NCBI GenBank assembly: GCA_022844165.1
Contig: JALHMH010000042.1
Location: 1 to 37,554, forward strand
Origin: Lysobacterales bacterium
Lineage (GTDB): Bacteria > Pseudomonadota > Gammaproteobacteria > Xanthomonadales > SZUA-5
Reading direction: 5' to 3'
DNA: 37,554 nucleotides
The notes below the pieces were generated by a model, which did no database searches, was not told the origin of the DNA, and saw only the letters and a list, made by a program, of their open reading frames with translations. Below are positions 37,445 to 37,554 of the stretch, one piece after another (the stretch's first letter is position 1; every line of letters begins with the position of its first letter). A program made the position numbers and the translations under genes.

Positions 37445-37554
37445 GAAGCCGCTACGCGGAGAAGTGGTCTTCGGGATGAGGATTGCGGCGTAATCTTCAC
37501 GGGCATTCCTTCGCGGACCGGGGGAGTGATTGTGCCTTCAACCGTGAGGAATGA
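37438..37554 (+). mobile_element. Second copy of the element left end, running off the window
   Basis: Identical to 35342-35458. Confidence 0.85.

Noticed and set aside
1-37554. tRNA/rRNA genes and an integron integrase intI
   Set aside because: None recognised by eye; tRNAscan-SE and IntegronFinder would be needed to exclude them formally

Overview
GC-rich bacterial window. The gene set and a C-terminal 'DALFANGFE' motif suggest a Xanthomonadales-like gammaproteobacterium (inference). Bases 1-31.8 kb are mostly core genes: pilD, SGNH hydrolase, beta-hydroxyacid dehydrogenase, clpB, accA-tilS, a cysJ-cysI-cysH-sat/cysC sulfate assimilation operon, an SLC13 permease and two secreted S8 proteases, one divergent from a CadC-like wHTH/beta-propeller regulator. 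At least 8 copies or fragments of a hairpin-rich ~250-bp repeat bounded by CTAG-like tetramers are scattered through this part. From ~31.9 kb to the end is a decayed mobile zone: an orphan Rhs core/toxin plus immunity lipoprotein, an IS110/IS1111 right-end remnant with its non-coding region, a Y1/RAYT-like transposase remnant, and an integron cassette array (6 attC-like sites, hicAB, an FRP-like gene; no intI in the window). The most notable feature is a repeated element encoding a tyrosine-recombinase N-terminus whose ends form the core boxes of attC sites. All calls come from reading the sequence; no database searches were run.
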